Origin: Thermodesulfobacteriota bacterium
Lineage (GTDB): Bacteria > Desulfobacterota > Desulfobulbia > Desulfobulbales > SURF-16
Length of the DNA: 64,000 nucleotides
NCBI GenBank assembly: GCA_040755455.1
Contig: JBFMAY010000012.1
Location: forward strand, 1-64,000
Direction: 5' to 3'
In this document: positions 29,968 to 42,302 of the stretch, in pieces
How positions within the stretch are numbered: the first letter of the stretch is position 1
Layout of the letters: every line of letters starts with the position of its first letter
Notes under the pieces: model-generated
Database searches by the model: none
The model's input: only the letters and a program-made list of their open reading frames with translations
What the model was told of the DNA's origin: nothing
Program-made: the position numbers and the translations under genes

Positions 29968-31014
29968 ATGACCATCTCTGAGGGAAAAAGCAAAACTCTT
30001 GATACCGCGATTCTGCAGATCCATAAACAGTTCGGCAAAGGGTCGATCATGCGTCTTGGCTCCGCCGAGACCGAGGCCATCCCGGTCATCTCCACCGGCG
30101 CGCTGAGCCTTGATATCGCCACCGGGGTCGGCGGCTTTCCCAGGGGCAGGATCGCGGAAATTTACGGCCCGGAATCGTCGGGAAAAACCACCCTGGCCCT
30201 GCATCTCATTGCCGAGGCCCAGATGGCGGGTGGCACCGCAGCCTTTATCGACGCCGAGCATGCCCTTGATATCCACTACGCCGATCGGCTCGGGGTCAAT
30301 ACGGACGACCTGCTGGTCTCCCAACCGGACTACGGCGAACAGGCCCTGGAGATTGCCGAAATTCTTATCCGCAGCGGCTCGGTTGACGTGATTGTCATTG
30401 ACTCGGTGGCCGCCCTGGTCCCCAAGGCGGAGATAGACGGCAACATCGGCGATTCCCATATGGGACTGCAGGCCAGGCTCATGTCGCAAACCATGCGCAA
30501 GCTGACCGGTATCCTGAAAAAAAGCAACACGGCCCTGGTCTTCATCAACCAGATCCGCATGAAAATCGGCGTCATGTTCGGCAACCCGGAAACCACCACC
30601 GGCGGCACCGCCCTCAAATTCTATTCCACCATGCGTTTTGACATCCGCAAACAGGCAGCCATCAAGGATGGACAGGATGTCATCGGTAACCGCACCAAGG
30701 TAAAAATCGTCAAAAACAAGGTTGCTCCCCCGTTTAAAGAAGCGGAGTTTGACATTATCTACGGCGAAGGCATCTCCAGGGCCGGCGATCTGCTGGATCT
30801 GGCCGCGAATCTGAACATCATTGAAAAAAGCGGGGCCTGGTACTCTTACAGCAACGAACGCATCGGCCAGGGCCGGGAAAATGCCAAGGATTATTTGAAA
30901 GAACATCCGGAGATGATGGCGGAAATAGACCGGAAGGTCCGCCAGGGCTTTGGCCTGCCCGTTGCCGGAGAGGCAATGGCGGATGCAAAACCCCCTCTGC
31001 CGGAAACAGTCTGA
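29968..31014 (+). CDS. recA: Recombinase A
   Basis: [45 protein letters not shown]. Confidence 0.99.
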   Translation: MTISEGKSKTLDTAILQIHKQFGKGSIMRLGSAETEAIPVISTGALSLDIATGVGGFPRGRIAEIYGPESSGKTTLALHLIAEAQMAGGTAAFIDAEHALDIHYADRLGVNTDDLLVSQPDYGEQALEIAEILIRSGSVDVIVIDSVAALVPKAEIDGNIGDSHMGLQARLMSQTMRKLTGILKKSNTALVFINQIRMKIGVMFGNPETTTGGTALKFYSTMRFDIRKQAAIKDGQDVIGNRTKVKIVKNKVAPPFKEAEFDIIYGEGISRAGDLLDLAANLNIIEKSGAWYSYSNERIGQGRENAKDYLKEHPEMMAEIDRKVRQGFGLPVAGEAMADAKPPLPETV

Positions 31015-31116
31015 TTACTTAAATTGAACCGCTGCACCTGCCTGCGCGATGATTTTTATCGTGGAGCGTGCGACTGCGTTCTGAACACCATTAATATTAT
31101 ATAGCACCACACCGAT

Positions 31117-33762
31117 ATGACTGGAAACGACATTCGCCAAAAATTCTTATCTTACTTTGCGGACAAGGGCCATACCGTAGTTGACAGTTCGGCCCTGGTT
31201 CCCCATGACGACCCCACCCTGCTGTTCACCAATGCCGGCATGGTGCAGTTCAAACGGCTGTTTACCGGCGAGGAAAAACGCGAATACACCCGGGCCGCCA
31301 CCTGCCAGCGCTGCGTCAGGGCCGGCGGCAAGCACAATGACCTGGACAATGTGGGCTATACGGCCCGGCATCACACCTTTTTCGAGATGCTGGGCAATTT
31401 TTCCTTTGGCGACTATTTCAAACAAGACGCCATCCGCTACGCATGGGACTTTCTCACCAAAGTCGTCGGACTGCCCACCGAAAAACTGTGGGTTTCCGTT
31501 TTTGAGGACGATGACGAGGCCTATCAGCTGTGGGAAAAGATTGAAGATCTGCCCAAGGGCCGCATCATCCGTTTAGGTGCAAAAGACAATTTCTGGGCCA
31601 TGGGCGATACCGGCCCCTGCGGCCCCTGTTCGGAAATCCATATCGACCAGGGCAGGGAGGTAGGCTGCGGCCGGCCTGAGTGCGCGCTGGGCTGCGACTG
31701 TGACCGCTTTCTTGAGGTGTGGAATCTGGTGTTCATGCAGTTTGAACGCAGCGAGGACGGCACCATGACACCGCTGCCCAAGCCGAGCATTGACACGGGC
31801 ATGGGGCTGGAACGCATCGCCGCGGTCACCCAGGGCAAGCACAGCAATTACGAGTCCGACCTGTTCACTCCGATCATTGCCACTATCGCCGGGGTGGCCG
31901 GCACCCGGTACGGCAGAGACGACCGCGCCGACACCGCCATGCGCGTCATCGCCGACCACTGCCGCACCACCGCTTTCCTGGTGGCGGACGGGGTGCTGCC
32001 ATCCAATGAAGGCCGGGGCTATGTGCTGCGGCGCATCATGCGGCGGGCCATCCGCTTCGGCCGCACCCTCGGCTTGACCAGGCCTTTCCTGAGTACCATC
32101 ACCAGCAAGGTGGTGCAGGAGATGTCCCCCGCCTATCCCCACCTCAATGACGCCGTTGAGCTGCTGGAGCAGGTGGTCGGCAACGAGGAGGAACGCTTCC
32201 TGGAGACCCTGGGCAACGGCCTGGAAATGCTGGGCAAGGAGATCCATCGCCTGAAAAAGGAAAAAAAGAAAATCATCGATGGGGATTTCATCTTCAAACT
32301 GTATGACACCTATGGCTTTCCGGTGGATATCGTCAGGGATGTTTCCATTGAAGAGGGATACGGCATTGACGAGGCCGGTTACAATAAAGCCATGGCGGTC
32401 CAAAAGGCGCAGTCCCGCAAATCCTGGAAGGGAAGCGGGCTGGCGGAAATCGGCGCAGGCCTGCGCCAGCTCATCAGCCTGGAAGTGAAAAGCAGCTTTG
32501 TCGGTTACGCAAGACAGCAGCAGCAATCAACCCTTATTGCCATCATCAACGAACAGGGGGAGAGCAGCGGCCAGGCCGGCAAGGGGGAAAAGGTGCTGCT
32601 GGTCACCGGCGAAACACCTTTTTATGCCGAGTCGGGCGGCCAGACCGGCGATCAGGGGGAGATCACCGGCCAATCCGGCAGGGCGAAAGTCGCCAACACC
32701 ATCCAGGCCGGTGACGGCATTATCCTGCACCAGGCGGAAATGACCGAAGGGACTCTTACCTGCGGTAATGTGGTCGACCTGCGGGTCGATGACTCCAGAA
32801 GGCAGGCAATTGCCTGCAATCATACCGCCACCCACCTTCTCCAGGCGGCCCTGAAACAGGTGCTGGGTGATCATGTCAAGCAGTCGGGCTCTCTGGTTGA
32901 GGAGGAAAGGCTTCGTTTTGACTTCACCCATTTTTCACCGTTATCACCGGCAGAGATCCAGAAAATTGAAGGCATCGCCAATGAGGCCATCCGGGCCAAC
33001 ACCCCGCTGCACATTGAAAGCCTGACAAAGGAAGAGGCGATCAAGTCCGGCGCCACCGCCCTTTTCGGCGAGAAATACGGCGACACGGTGCGGGTGGTGA
33101 CCATTGACCGCTTCAGCAAGGAACTCTGCGGCGGCACCCACGTGCAGGCAACCGGGGAAATCGGCCTGCTGAAGATTGTCTCGGAAACGGGCATCGCCGC
33201 CGGGGTGCGCCGCATTGAAGCGGTAAGCGGCCGGGAAGCCTTCGCCAGATTTCAGCAGGAGGATGAAAAACTCAACATGATTGCCGGGTTGCTGCGCTGC
33301 ACGCCGGATGAGGCGGCAGGCAGGATTGACAAACTCATGTCCCGGGTCAAGGAACTGGAAAAAGAGGTGGGCCACCTGCACGCCAGGCTTTCGCTGGCCA
33401 GCCTTGATTCTCTCATTGATGAAGCCAGGACGGTGAAAAATATCAGGGTGGTTGCCGCCCAGATCCCGCTTGACTCAGCCAAAACCATGCGCGAGGTGGG
33501 AGACCGGGTGCGGGACAAACTGGGCAGCGGCGTGGCCGTGCTGGGCGGCATTCTCAATGACAAGGTTTCGCTGCTGGCAATGGTCAGCAAGGATCTGACG
33601 GGTAAAATCCAGGCGGGAAATATCATTAAAGAAGTGGCCCAGCTGGTTGGCGGCGGGGGAGGGGGGCGCCCGGATATGGCCCAGGCAGGCGGCACCATGC
33701 CCGACAAGCTGCCCCAGGCCCTGCAGGCAGTATTTGCCATCGTAGAAAAGCAGTTGCCATGA
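31117..33762 (+). CDS. alaS: Alanine--tRNA ligase
   Basis: LLFTNAGMVQFK, HHTFFEMLGNFSFGDYFK, NHTATHLL, ELCGGTH, GGGGRPDMAQAGG. Confidence 0.99.
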   Translation: MTGNDIRQKFLSYFADKGHTVVDSSALVPHDDPTLLFTNAGMVQFKRLFTGEEKREYTRAATCQRCVRAGGKHNDLDNVGYTARHHTFFEMLGNFSFGDYFKQDAIRYAWDFLTKVVGLPTEKLWVSVFEDDDEAYQLWEKIEDLPKGRIIRLGAKDNFWAMGDTGPCGPCSEIHIDQGREVGCGRPECALGCDCDRFLEVWNLVFMQFERSEDGTMTPLPKPSIDTGMGLERIAAVTQGKHSNYESDLFTPIIATIAGVAGTRYGRDDRADTAMRVIADHCRTTAFLVADGVLPSNEGRGYVLRRIMRRAIRFGRTLGLTRPFLSTITSKVVQEMSPAYPHLNDAVELLEQVVGNEEERFLETLGNGLEMLGKEIHRLKKEKKKIIDGDFIFKLYDTYGFPVDIVRDVSIEEGYGIDEAGYNKAMAVQKAQSRKSWKGSGLAEIGAGLRQLISLEVKSSFVGYARQQQQSTLIAIINEQGESSGQAGKGEKVLLVTGETPFYAESGGQTGDQGEITGQSGRAKVANTIQAGDGIILHQAEMTEGTLTCGNVVDLRVDDSRRQAIACNHTATHLLQAALKQVLGDHVKQSGSLVEEERLRFDFTHFSPLSPAEIQKIEGIANEAIRANTPLHIESLTKEEAIKSGATALFGEKYGDTVRVVTIDRFSKELCGGTHVQATGEIGLLKIVSETGIAAGVRRIEAVSGREAFARFQQEDEKLNMIAGLLRCTPDEAAGRIDKLMSRVKELEKEVGHLHARLSLASLDSLIDEARTVKNIRVVAAQIPLDSAKTMREVGDRVRDKLGSGVAVLGGILNDKVSLLAMVSKDLTGKIQAGNIIKEVAQLVGGGGGGRPDMAQAGGTMPDKLPQALQAVFAIVEKQLP

Positions 33763-34005
33763 AACTGCCGGAACCGACAGATACCAGCGTAACAATGTGA
33801 CACCAAATTCATTTTTTACTAACTAATATAATAACTATTCAGGATTTTGAGCGAAATATAATACAAAAATATTGGGTTAAAAAAAGTTGACAGCCAAAAA
33901 AGAATGTAGTAGACAACTCCATGTTTAAATGAAGCCCGATTCATTTTTTACACGAAACCATAATTATCATAATTATTAAGTTATTCAATAGTAAGGGGGC
34001 GCTAA

Positions 34006-34431
34006 ATGATTACAGTTGACATCACCATGCCGATCCACATCCTAAACATCCTGTTTCTGATTGTGGTCCTCAATGCAGTACTTTACCGCCCTGTGAGACG
34101 CATACTTGCGGAGCGGAAACAGAAAATTGCTGATTTAAACAACGACGTGGACACATTCAACAAGAACGCGCAACTACGGGCTGAACAGTTTGATCAGAAA
34201 TTCAGGGAAGCAAGGCGGAAAGCCAAGGCCGAATTTGATACGGCAAGAAACGAAGCTCAGGCGGCAGGTGCGGAAAAACTGCAGCAGATCAGAACCGAAT
34301 CTGACAAGGCAAAAGCTGCTCAGCTGAGCACCGTTGCCTCGGAAGTAAAAGCTGCTGAACAGGCGTTAAAGGGACAGGTGGGAAGCTTTGCGACAGAAAT
34401 GGCCGGTAAGGTACTCGGGAGGGCTCTGTAA
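34006..34431 (+). CDS. atpF: ATP synthase F0 subunit b'
   Basis: N-terminal TM, LYRPV..ILAER, coiled coil; first gene of the atp operon. Confidence 0.88.
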   Translation: MITVDITMPIHILNILFLIVVLNAVLYRPVRRILAERKQKIADLNNDVDTFNKNAQLRAEQFDQKFREARRKAKAEFDTARNEAQAAGAEKLQQIRTESDKAKAAQLSTVASEVKAAEQALKGQVGSFATEMAGKVLGRAL

Positions 34432-34432
34432 G

Positions 34433-35092
34433 ATGAAAGAAAACAAGAGGTGGTCAAAGATTGCATTAAGTGCTTTGGCTCTTGCAGCTGTTATCGGGAC
34501 AGCAGGAATCATTTACGCATCAGGCGGTGACCCGCATGCTGCAGAAGCGGCGGGAGGGGCGCATGGTGCAGCCTCTTCCATGACAGGTCCGCATGGTGCC
34601 CTGTCTCCAGCAAAAATTAAGGATTTCGGCTGGCGGGTGATGAACTTCGCCGCCCTGATGATAATCCTGATCAAATTCCTGAAAAAACCGCTGGTTGATG
34701 CCCTAAAAGGCAGACAACAGGGTATTGCGGCGGAGTTTGAAGACCTTGAGACCCGTCGGGCCGATGCGGAACGCAATTACAAAGAATATGAAGGCAAACT
34801 CGCCGGTATTGATGATGAGTTGAAAAATATGGTTGAAAAGGCCATAGCCCAGGGCAAGGTTGAAAAAGAGCGGATCATTGCCGAGGCGAACCGGGCGGCG
34901 GAGAACATTAAACGCCAGGCCCAAATGGCCGTGCTGAATGAAGTTGCCGAAGCCAAACGCCGCCTGAAAATAGAAATCGCCGAACAGGCGGCAATCATGG
35001 CGGAAGAAATCATCAAGAAGAATCTCCAGGACGCAGACCAGAACAAACTGGTTGAGGATTACCTGACCAAGTTGGGAGGTTTGAAAAAATGA
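34433..35092 (+). CDS. atpF: ATP synthase F0 subunit b (with N-terminal extension)
   Basis: WRVMNFAAL..KKPL, coiled coil, DQNKLVEDY; start set at MKENK. Confidence 0.88.
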   Translation: MKENKRWSKIALSALALAAVIGTAGIIYASGGDPHAAEAAGGAHGAASSMTGPHGALSPAKIKDFGWRVMNFAALMIILIKFLKKPLVDALKGRQQGIAAEFEDLETRRADAERNYKEYEGKLAGIDDELKNMVEKAIAQGKVEKERIIAEANRAAENIKRQAQMAVLNEVAEAKRRLKIEIAEQAAIMAEEIIKKNLQDADQNKLVEDYLTKLGGLKK

Positions 35093-35634
35093 AAAACGAT
35101 ATTTTGGCCAAACGTTACGCAAAGGCCTTGTTTGTGGTGGGTAAAGAGGAAAACGCCTTGGATGATTATGCCAAGACGCTGAAAGCCTTTGGGGAACTCT
35201 ATACTACAGTTCCTGAGGTTCGCGATGGTTTGACAAACAGGATGTACCCCGCCGACGTTCGCGCGAAGGTCATGGCTGAAATCGTAAAAAATGCGGGTGT
35301 TTCCCGGATTATGGGAAACTTCCTCAATTTACTGGCCGAAAAAAACCGGGCGAATGTGCTGCCTGAAATAGCTGCGTCATTTCAGGCCATGGTTGATGTG
35401 GAAAGAAACGTGTGCCAGGGTTTGGTGATAACCGCCAAGGCCATGGAGCCGGCGCTTTTGGATAAAGCAAAGCAAACTTTGGAAAAGATAACAGGCAAGC
35501 AGGTTGTTTTGAAAACCCAGATTGATACATCCATTATAGGCGGTATGGTAGCCAAAGTTGGTGATATCATTTTGGATGGCAGCATCAAAACGCAGCTTGA
35601 GGGTTTAAAAGAGTCCATTAAAGGGAGTGAATAG
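35089..35634 (+). CDS. atpH: ATP synthase F1 delta
   Basis: AKRYAKALF, IIGG...DGSIKTQL. Confidence 0.95.
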   Translation: MKNDILAKRYAKALFVVGKEENALDDYAKTLKAFGELYTTVPEVRDGLTNRMYPADVRAKVMAEIVKNAGVSRIMGNFLNLLAEKNRANVLPEIAASFQAMVDVERNVCQGLVITAKAMEPALLDKAKQTLEKITGKQVVLKTQIDTSIIGGMVAKVGDIILDGSIKTQLEGLKESIKGSE

Positions 35635-35637
35635 GCA

Positions 35638-37161
35638 ATGCAGATTAAAGCTGAAGAAATCAGTCAGATTATCAAGGGACAGATCAAAGACTACGAAACG
35701 AAGGTTGATCTGAGTGAAACTGGAACCGTAATTTCAGTTGGTGATGGTATTGCGCGTGTCCACGGTGTTGAAAAATGCATGGCCATGGAGCTCCTGGAGT
35801 TCCCGAACGGCATCCTCGGCCTCGCCCTCAACCTGGAGCAGGACAACGTCGGTTGCGCCATCTTCGGTGAGGTTAAGCACATCAAGGAAGGCGATATCGT
35901 CAAAAGAACAGGAAGAATCGCCGAGGTTCCGGTTGGACCGGAAGTTGAAGGCCGGGTTATTGATGGTGTTGGTAAACCCATTGACGGCCAGGGTCCGATC
36001 AACGCCAAAAAATTCTCGAAAATGGAAGTTCTGGCCCCTGGTGTTATCGCCAGAAAAGGCGTGCATGAGCCATGCTATACCGGCAGTAAGGCGGTTGACG
36101 CCATGACCCCGGTTGGACGCGGTCAGCGCGAGCTGGTCATCGGCGATCGCCAGATTGGCAAAACCGCCCTCTGTGTTGACGCGATCATTGCTCAGAAAGA
36201 AACAGATGTGCACTGTATTTATGTGGCCATCGGCCAGAAGAAATCAACCGTAGCCCTGGTTGTTGAGGCCCTGAGAAAACATGGCGCCATGGAGTACACC
36301 ACCGTTGTAGCAGCCTGCGCCTCTGATCCCGCGCCGATGCAGTACGTGGCCGCGTTTACCGGTTGCGCCATCGGTGAGTATTACCGGGACAACGGCATGC
36401 ACGCCCTGATCATCTACGATGACCTTTCCAAACAGGCTGTATCCTACCGTGAGTTGTCTCTGCTGCTGCGCCGTCCGCCAGGACGTGAGGCCTATCCCGG
36501 TGACATTTTCTTCAACCATTCACGCCTGCTTGAGCGTGCCTCGAAGGTAAATGACGCACTTGGCGCAGGCTCGCTGACCGCTCTGCCGATCATTGAGACC
36601 CAGGCCGGTGACGTATCAGCCTTTATTCCGACAAACGTTATTTCCATTACCGATGGCCAGGTATACCTGGAACCGAACCTTTTCTTCTCAGGTGTCCGTC
36701 CGGCGATCAACGTTGGTCTTTCCGTATCAAGGGTTGGTGGTGCGGCGCAGGTAAAGGCGATGAAACAGGTTGCCGGTACCCTTCGTCTGGACCTTGCCCA
36801 GTATCGTGAGCTTGCCGCCTTTGCCGGCTTCGGTTCCGATCTTGACGCTGCGACCCAGGCCCAGCTGACCCGCGGCGCCCGGCTGGTTGAAATTCTGAAA
36901 CAACCCCAGTACCAGCCGCTGCCCATGGAAAAACAGGTAACCATTATTTTCGCCGGCACCAAAGGGTACCTTGATAAGCTGCCGCTCAACACCCTGGCAG
37001 ATTACGAGCAGGACCTGTATGCCTATGTAGCGAGCAACGAACCTGCCATATTTGACACCTTGAAGGAAAAGAAGATCATTGACAAGGCTCTTGAGGAAAA
37101 AATGCACAGCACCATCAAGGCCTTTACCGAGACATTCAAGGCATCTAAAGGAATTCAATAA
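35638..37161 (+). CDS. atpA: ATP synthase F1 alpha
   Basis: [36 protein letters not shown]. Confidence 0.99.
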   Translation: MQIKAEEISQIIKGQIKDYETKVDLSETGTVISVGDGIARVHGVEKCMAMELLEFPNGILGLALNLEQDNVGCAIFGEVKHIKEGDIVKRTGRIAEVPVGPEVEGRVIDGVGKPIDGQGPINAKKFSKMEVLAPGVIARKGVHEPCYTGSKAVDAMTPVGRGQRELVIGDRQIGKTALCVDAIIAQKETDVHCIYVAIGQKKSTVALVVEALRKHGAMEYTTVVAACASDPAPMQYVAAFTGCAIGEYYRDNGMHALIIYDDLSKQAVSYRELSLLLRRPPGREAYPGDIFFNHSRLLERASKVNDALGAGSLTALPIIETQAGDVSAFIPTNVISITDGQVYLEPNLFFSGVRPAINVGLSVSRVGGAAQVKAMKQVAGTLRLDLAQYRELAAFAGFGSDLDAATQAQLTRGARLVEILKQPQYQPLPMEKQVTIIFAGTKGYLDKLPLNTLADYEQDLYAYVASNEPAIFDTLKEKKIIDKALEEKMHSTIKAFTETFKASKGIQ

Positions 37162-37178
37162 ATCTGGAGTAACGAGTC

Positions 37179-38060
37179 ATGCCGAGTCTAAAAGATGTCA
37201 AAATGAAGATCACTGGTGTCAAGAAGACAGCCCAGATCACCAAGGCCATGAATATGGTTTCTGCGGCCAAGTTGAGGGGCGCCCAGATGAAGATGGAGTC
37301 TTTCCGTCCATATGCCGGGAAATTCGATGAAGCGCTGCGCACCATCAGCGGCAATATGAAGGCCGCACAGTTTGCCTTAATGCAGGATCGCGAGGTAAAA
37401 ACTGTCGAGCTGCTAGTTGTTACATCGGATCGAGGCCTTTGCGGCAGCTTCAACTCGAATATCATCAAAATGGCTGAAAAGCTGATGAATAAACTTGAGG
37501 CTGCTGGGAAAAAAGTAACACTCGTCTGTGTCGGTAAAAAATCAACCCGCTACTTTCGTAAAACCGGGAAGATACGCGCGAAATATGTTGATATCATGGG
37601 TAACTTCCAGATGTTCAATGCCCGGGCGATTGCTCAGGATATCGCTGCTAACTTCATTGCCGGCGGTTCTGATGAGGTAAAGCTTATATATGGCAGCTTC
37701 AAAAGCGTCGCAAGACAGGTACCGACAACATTGCCTTTCCTGCCGGTAAAATCTGTAACAGCAGAGGATGCGACAACTGCGGCCAAGACCGGACAGACTG
37801 GTGCGTATATCTATGAGCCAAGTACAGAGGAGATTATGGATGTTCTTCTTCCCCTGTATACAAATGTTATGGTTTACAATGCCATGCTTGAGGTCGGCGC
37901 CAGCGAGCATGCCGCCCGTATGACGGCCATGGACAATGCGACCAAGGCTTGTAAAGATATCATCAGTAACCTGACAATGGTATACAACAAGGCCCGCCAG
38001 GCAGCAATCACCGGCGAGCTCATGGATATTGTAGGTGGTGCTGAAGCACTGAAAGGATAA
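37179..38060 (+). CDS. atpG: ATP synthase F1 gamma
   Basis: QITKAM, SDRGLCGSFN, SEHAARMTAM, RQAAITGEL. Confidence 0.98.
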   Translation: MPSLKDVKMKITGVKKTAQITKAMNMVSAAKLRGAQMKMESFRPYAGKFDEALRTISGNMKAAQFALMQDREVKTVELLVVTSDRGLCGSFNSNIIKMAEKLMNKLEAAGKKVTLVCVGKKSTRYFRKTGKIRAKYVDIMGNFQMFNARAIAQDIAANFIAGGSDEVKLIYGSFKSVARQVPTTLPFLPVKSVTAEDATTAAKTGQTGAYIYEPSTEEIMDVLLPLYTNVMVYNAMLEVGASEHAARMTAMDNATKACKDIISNLTMVYNKARQAAITGELMDIVGGAEALKG

Positions 38061-38095
38061 TAAAAAATTTCGGAGTGGAGGCACCCACCTCTTAA

Positions 38096-39553
<1,458 letters not shown>

Positions 39554-39630
39554 TTTATTTTTTATATTACGCAATTATATTATTGAATGTGCTCCCCACT
39601 CGGAGCTACAACAAGTCAAGGTAAAGACCA

Positions 39631-40050
39631 ATGGCTGAATCAATACATTTAGAAGTTGTCACACCATCAGGTCCTGTAGTCAGCGATGATGTCGATATCG
39701 TCAGTGCCCCTGGGTACGGAGGTGATTTTGGCGTGCTGGCTAATCATGCCCCTTTTCTGAGTACCATTAAGATTGGGAGCCTGGTCTATAAGAAGGATGG
39801 CAAGGAGAACTACCTGATGGTGAGCGGTGGCTTCTGCGAAGTATCGAACAATAAAATCACCTTTCTCGTAGAATCTGCCGAGGCAGGGCAACAGATTGAT
39901 GTCAATCGTGCCCTACGGGCCAAAGAAAGGGCTGAAAAACGTATTGCAGAAGCAAAATCTCAGACAGAAAAAATCAATATGGCCCGCGCCCAGGCTGCAT
40001 TGCAACGGGCCATTGCCCGCTTGAAAGTTGCGGAAAAGCAACCCAAGTAA
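39631..40050 (+). CDS. atpC: ATP synthase F1 epsilon
   Basis: [25 protein letters not shown]-terminal helices. Confidence 0.96.
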   Translation: MAESIHLEVVTPSGPVVSDDVDIVSAPGYGGDFGVLANHAPFLSTIKIGSLVYKKDGKENYLMVSGGFCEVSNNKITFLVESAEAGQQIDVNRALRAKERAEKRIAEAKSQTEKINMARAQAALQRAIARLKVAEKQPK

Positions 40051-40068
40051 TCATTTTTCTCTTACAAT

Positions 40069-40100
40069 AAAAAAAGGCCGCCCAAGGGCGGCCTTTTTTT
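40069..40100. terminator. Bidirectional rho-independent terminator between atpC and cheX
   Basis: A7-GGCCGCCC-AA-GGGCGGCC-T7. Confidence 0.9.
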
Positions 40101-40115
40101 ATTGTCCCTGCCAGC

Positions 40116-40592
40116 TTATTTGTTCTTCCCCCCCAGATTTGCTTCAATGACGAAATCGCCATGCTCCGTACTGAAAGGGATGACGAGAGTAGGCGCGTCG
40201 GAATAGTAGGAAATTTCGACATTCTTGCCAACCACCATTGTTGGTGTGGCCAGGTTAAACTTGTAATCCAGCTTGGCAAGCTGAGCCTTGGCCCCGCCAC
40301 AGATCATATTCGTCAGCTCGCCGACCGCATCCACGATCTCATCATCAACTTTTGCTTTCGGCGGCTCCATCAACATATTCGCCACGACGTGCAGAATACA
40401 TTTTTCGGAAAAGCTGAGAATCATGCATCCGGCAATTTCATCCGAGACCATGCCGATAATGCCGGTGACTTCACCATAGGTCAGTGAATTATCCTTCAGG
40501 CTGGGTTTTTTGGGTTTAACCTGGGTCTGGCACATGGTTTCCAAGACGTTTTTAGCAGCATTTAAGAACGGATTTATGAATTCAGCTTTCAT
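40116..40592 (-). CDS. cheX: CheX-family phosphatase
   Basis: MKAEFINPF, VTGIIG, DAVGELTNMICG, ATPTMVVG. Confidence 0.92.
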   Translation of the reverse strand: MKAEFINPFLNAAKNVLETMCQTQVKPKKPSLKDNSLTYGEVTGIIGMVSDEIAGCMILSFSEKCILHVVANMLMEPPKAKVDDEIVDAVGELTNMICGGAKAQLAKLDYKFNLATPTMVVGKNVEISYYSDAPTLVIPFSTEHGDFVIEANLGGKNK

Positions 40593-40864
40593 CGGCTATC
40601 CTGTATAGTGATATGCAAGGGCAAGGGGAATTTTGACAGCAGAAATAGAACAAATCCATATTATTAAAAGATTATAGCACAACACTTGCAGGATTCTCAA
40701 CGCGCATAATAATAAAAATGATAATTTATAAAACCAGGTGGCATAAGTTCAGTTATGGGGACTTGAAATGATCCTATAAACATATTAAATAGGTAACAAT
40801 TTAAAATTCCAGGTAAATAAGTAGAAATACCTAGCAAAACAGCTATTGATAAGGAGAATTTTTC

Positions 40865-42274
40865 ATGAAGCCCAAAGAGCGTCTTGCCATCCCCAGGCAA
40901 AAAGCGCCTGAACTTGATGTTGCTTCCCGGATAACAAATTTTGCCGAAGTTTGTCAGGGATATGACGAAAAAACCGCCATTGACGAAGCAAACCGCTGCC
41001 TGCAGTGTAAGAAACCCACCTGCCGGCAAGGATGCCCGATCAACAACAATATTCCCGGATTCATAGAACATCTGCGCAACGGCAGATTTGCCGAGGGCTA
41101 CTGGACCATTCGTGAAACAAGCTCCCTGCCCGCTGTCTGCTCAAGGGTTTGCCCCCACGAATTTCAGTGCGAAGGATCATGCATCCGGGGGAAAAAAGGA
41201 GATCCGGTTGCCATCGGCCTGCTGGAACGTTTTCTGGTGGACTGGATGGTCAGCAACAAGAAAAATTTGTCGATCGCCTGCGCCCTGCCCAAGGACAAGA
41301 AAGTGGCGATCATCGGCTCGGGTCCAGCGGGGATGACGGCGGCCTATCATCTTGCCCATGAAGGTTATCAGTGCACGATATTTGAAAGTCTACCCGTGTT
41401 CGGCGGCATGCTCGCCGTGGGCATTCCCCCGTACCGGTTGCCCCGGGACATCATCAATGCGGAATTCGATGCATTAAAAAATTGTGGCGTAACCGTGGTC
41501 AATAATTTTACCATAGGCAAAGACCTGACCATGCAGCAGCTGAAGGATGAAAAAGGTTTTGCTGCGGTTTTTGTCAGCGTGGGAGCCCATAACAGCCGCA
41601 AACTCGGCATCGAGGGGGAGGACCTGGAAGGAGTCACCCATGGAGTTGACTATCTGCGCCGGGTCTGCCTGGGAGAGAAAATTAATCTGGGCAGCAAGGT
41701 CGTCGTTGTCGGGGGCGGTAATGTGGCGATTGACGTGGCCAGGACGGCACTGCGAACAGGATCGAAAGATGTCTTTATTCTCTATCGACGGACAAAACAG
41801 GAAATGCCGGCCTCCATGGCGGAAATTCATCATCTTGAGGAGGAAGGTGTTCATGTTGAATTCCTGGCTGCACCTGTTAAAATACATGGTGAAAACGGCA
41901 GACTGACCAAGGTTGAATGCCAGCGCATGACCTTAGGGGAATGTGACACATCAGGCCGGTGCCGGCCGGTGGTTATAGAGGGGTCGAACTTCATGATTGA
42001 GGCCGACGCCATCATCCCGGCAATCAGCCAGAATGTGGACCACACCGCGGACCGCAACCTGAATATTGAGCTGACAAGATGGGGAACCTATGTGGTGGAC
42101 CCGTTTACCCTGCAGACCTCTGTGCCATGGATATTTTCCGGTGGCGACTCCGTTCTGGGTCCCCAGACAGCCGCCAAGGCCGTCTATCAAGGAAAAGTTG
42201 CAGCAGAATCAATAAAACTGTATTTAGAAGGGAAAGACCTGAAAGAAGGGCGCAATGTACGAATCTTATCATAA
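40865..42274 (+). CDS. GltD/NfnB/SudA-like NAD(P)H-dependent Fe-S flavoprotein
   Basis: EANRCLQCKKPTCRQGCP, CSRVCPHEFQCEGSC, IGSGPAG, GIPPYRLP, GGGNVAID, YRR; no gltB or nfnA adjacent. Confidence 0.85.
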   Translation: MKPKERLAIPRQKAPELDVASRITNFAEVCQGYDEKTAIDEANRCLQCKKPTCRQGCPINNNIPGFIEHLRNGRFAEGYWTIRETSSLPAVCSRVCPHEFQCEGSCIRGKKGDPVAIGLLERFLVDWMVSNKKNLSIACALPKDKKVAIIGSGPAGMTAAYHLAHEGYQCTIFESLPVFGGMLAVGIPPYRLPRDIINAEFDALKNCGVTVVNNFTIGKDLTMQQLKDEKGFAAVFVSVGAHNSRKLGIEGEDLEGVTHGVDYLRRVCLGEKINLGSKVVVVGGGNVAIDVARTALRTGSKDVFILYRRTKQEMPASMAEIHHLEEEGVHVEFLAAPVKIHGENGRLTKVECQRMTLGECDTSGRCRPVVIEGSNFMIEADAIIPAISQNVDHTADRNLNIELTRWGTYVVDPFTLQTSVPWIFSGGDSVLGPQTAAKAVYQGKVAAESIKLYLEGKDLKEGRNVRILS

Positions 42275-42302
42275 GCTGTGGGGAAAGCCTTAACGAGGTC
42301 CT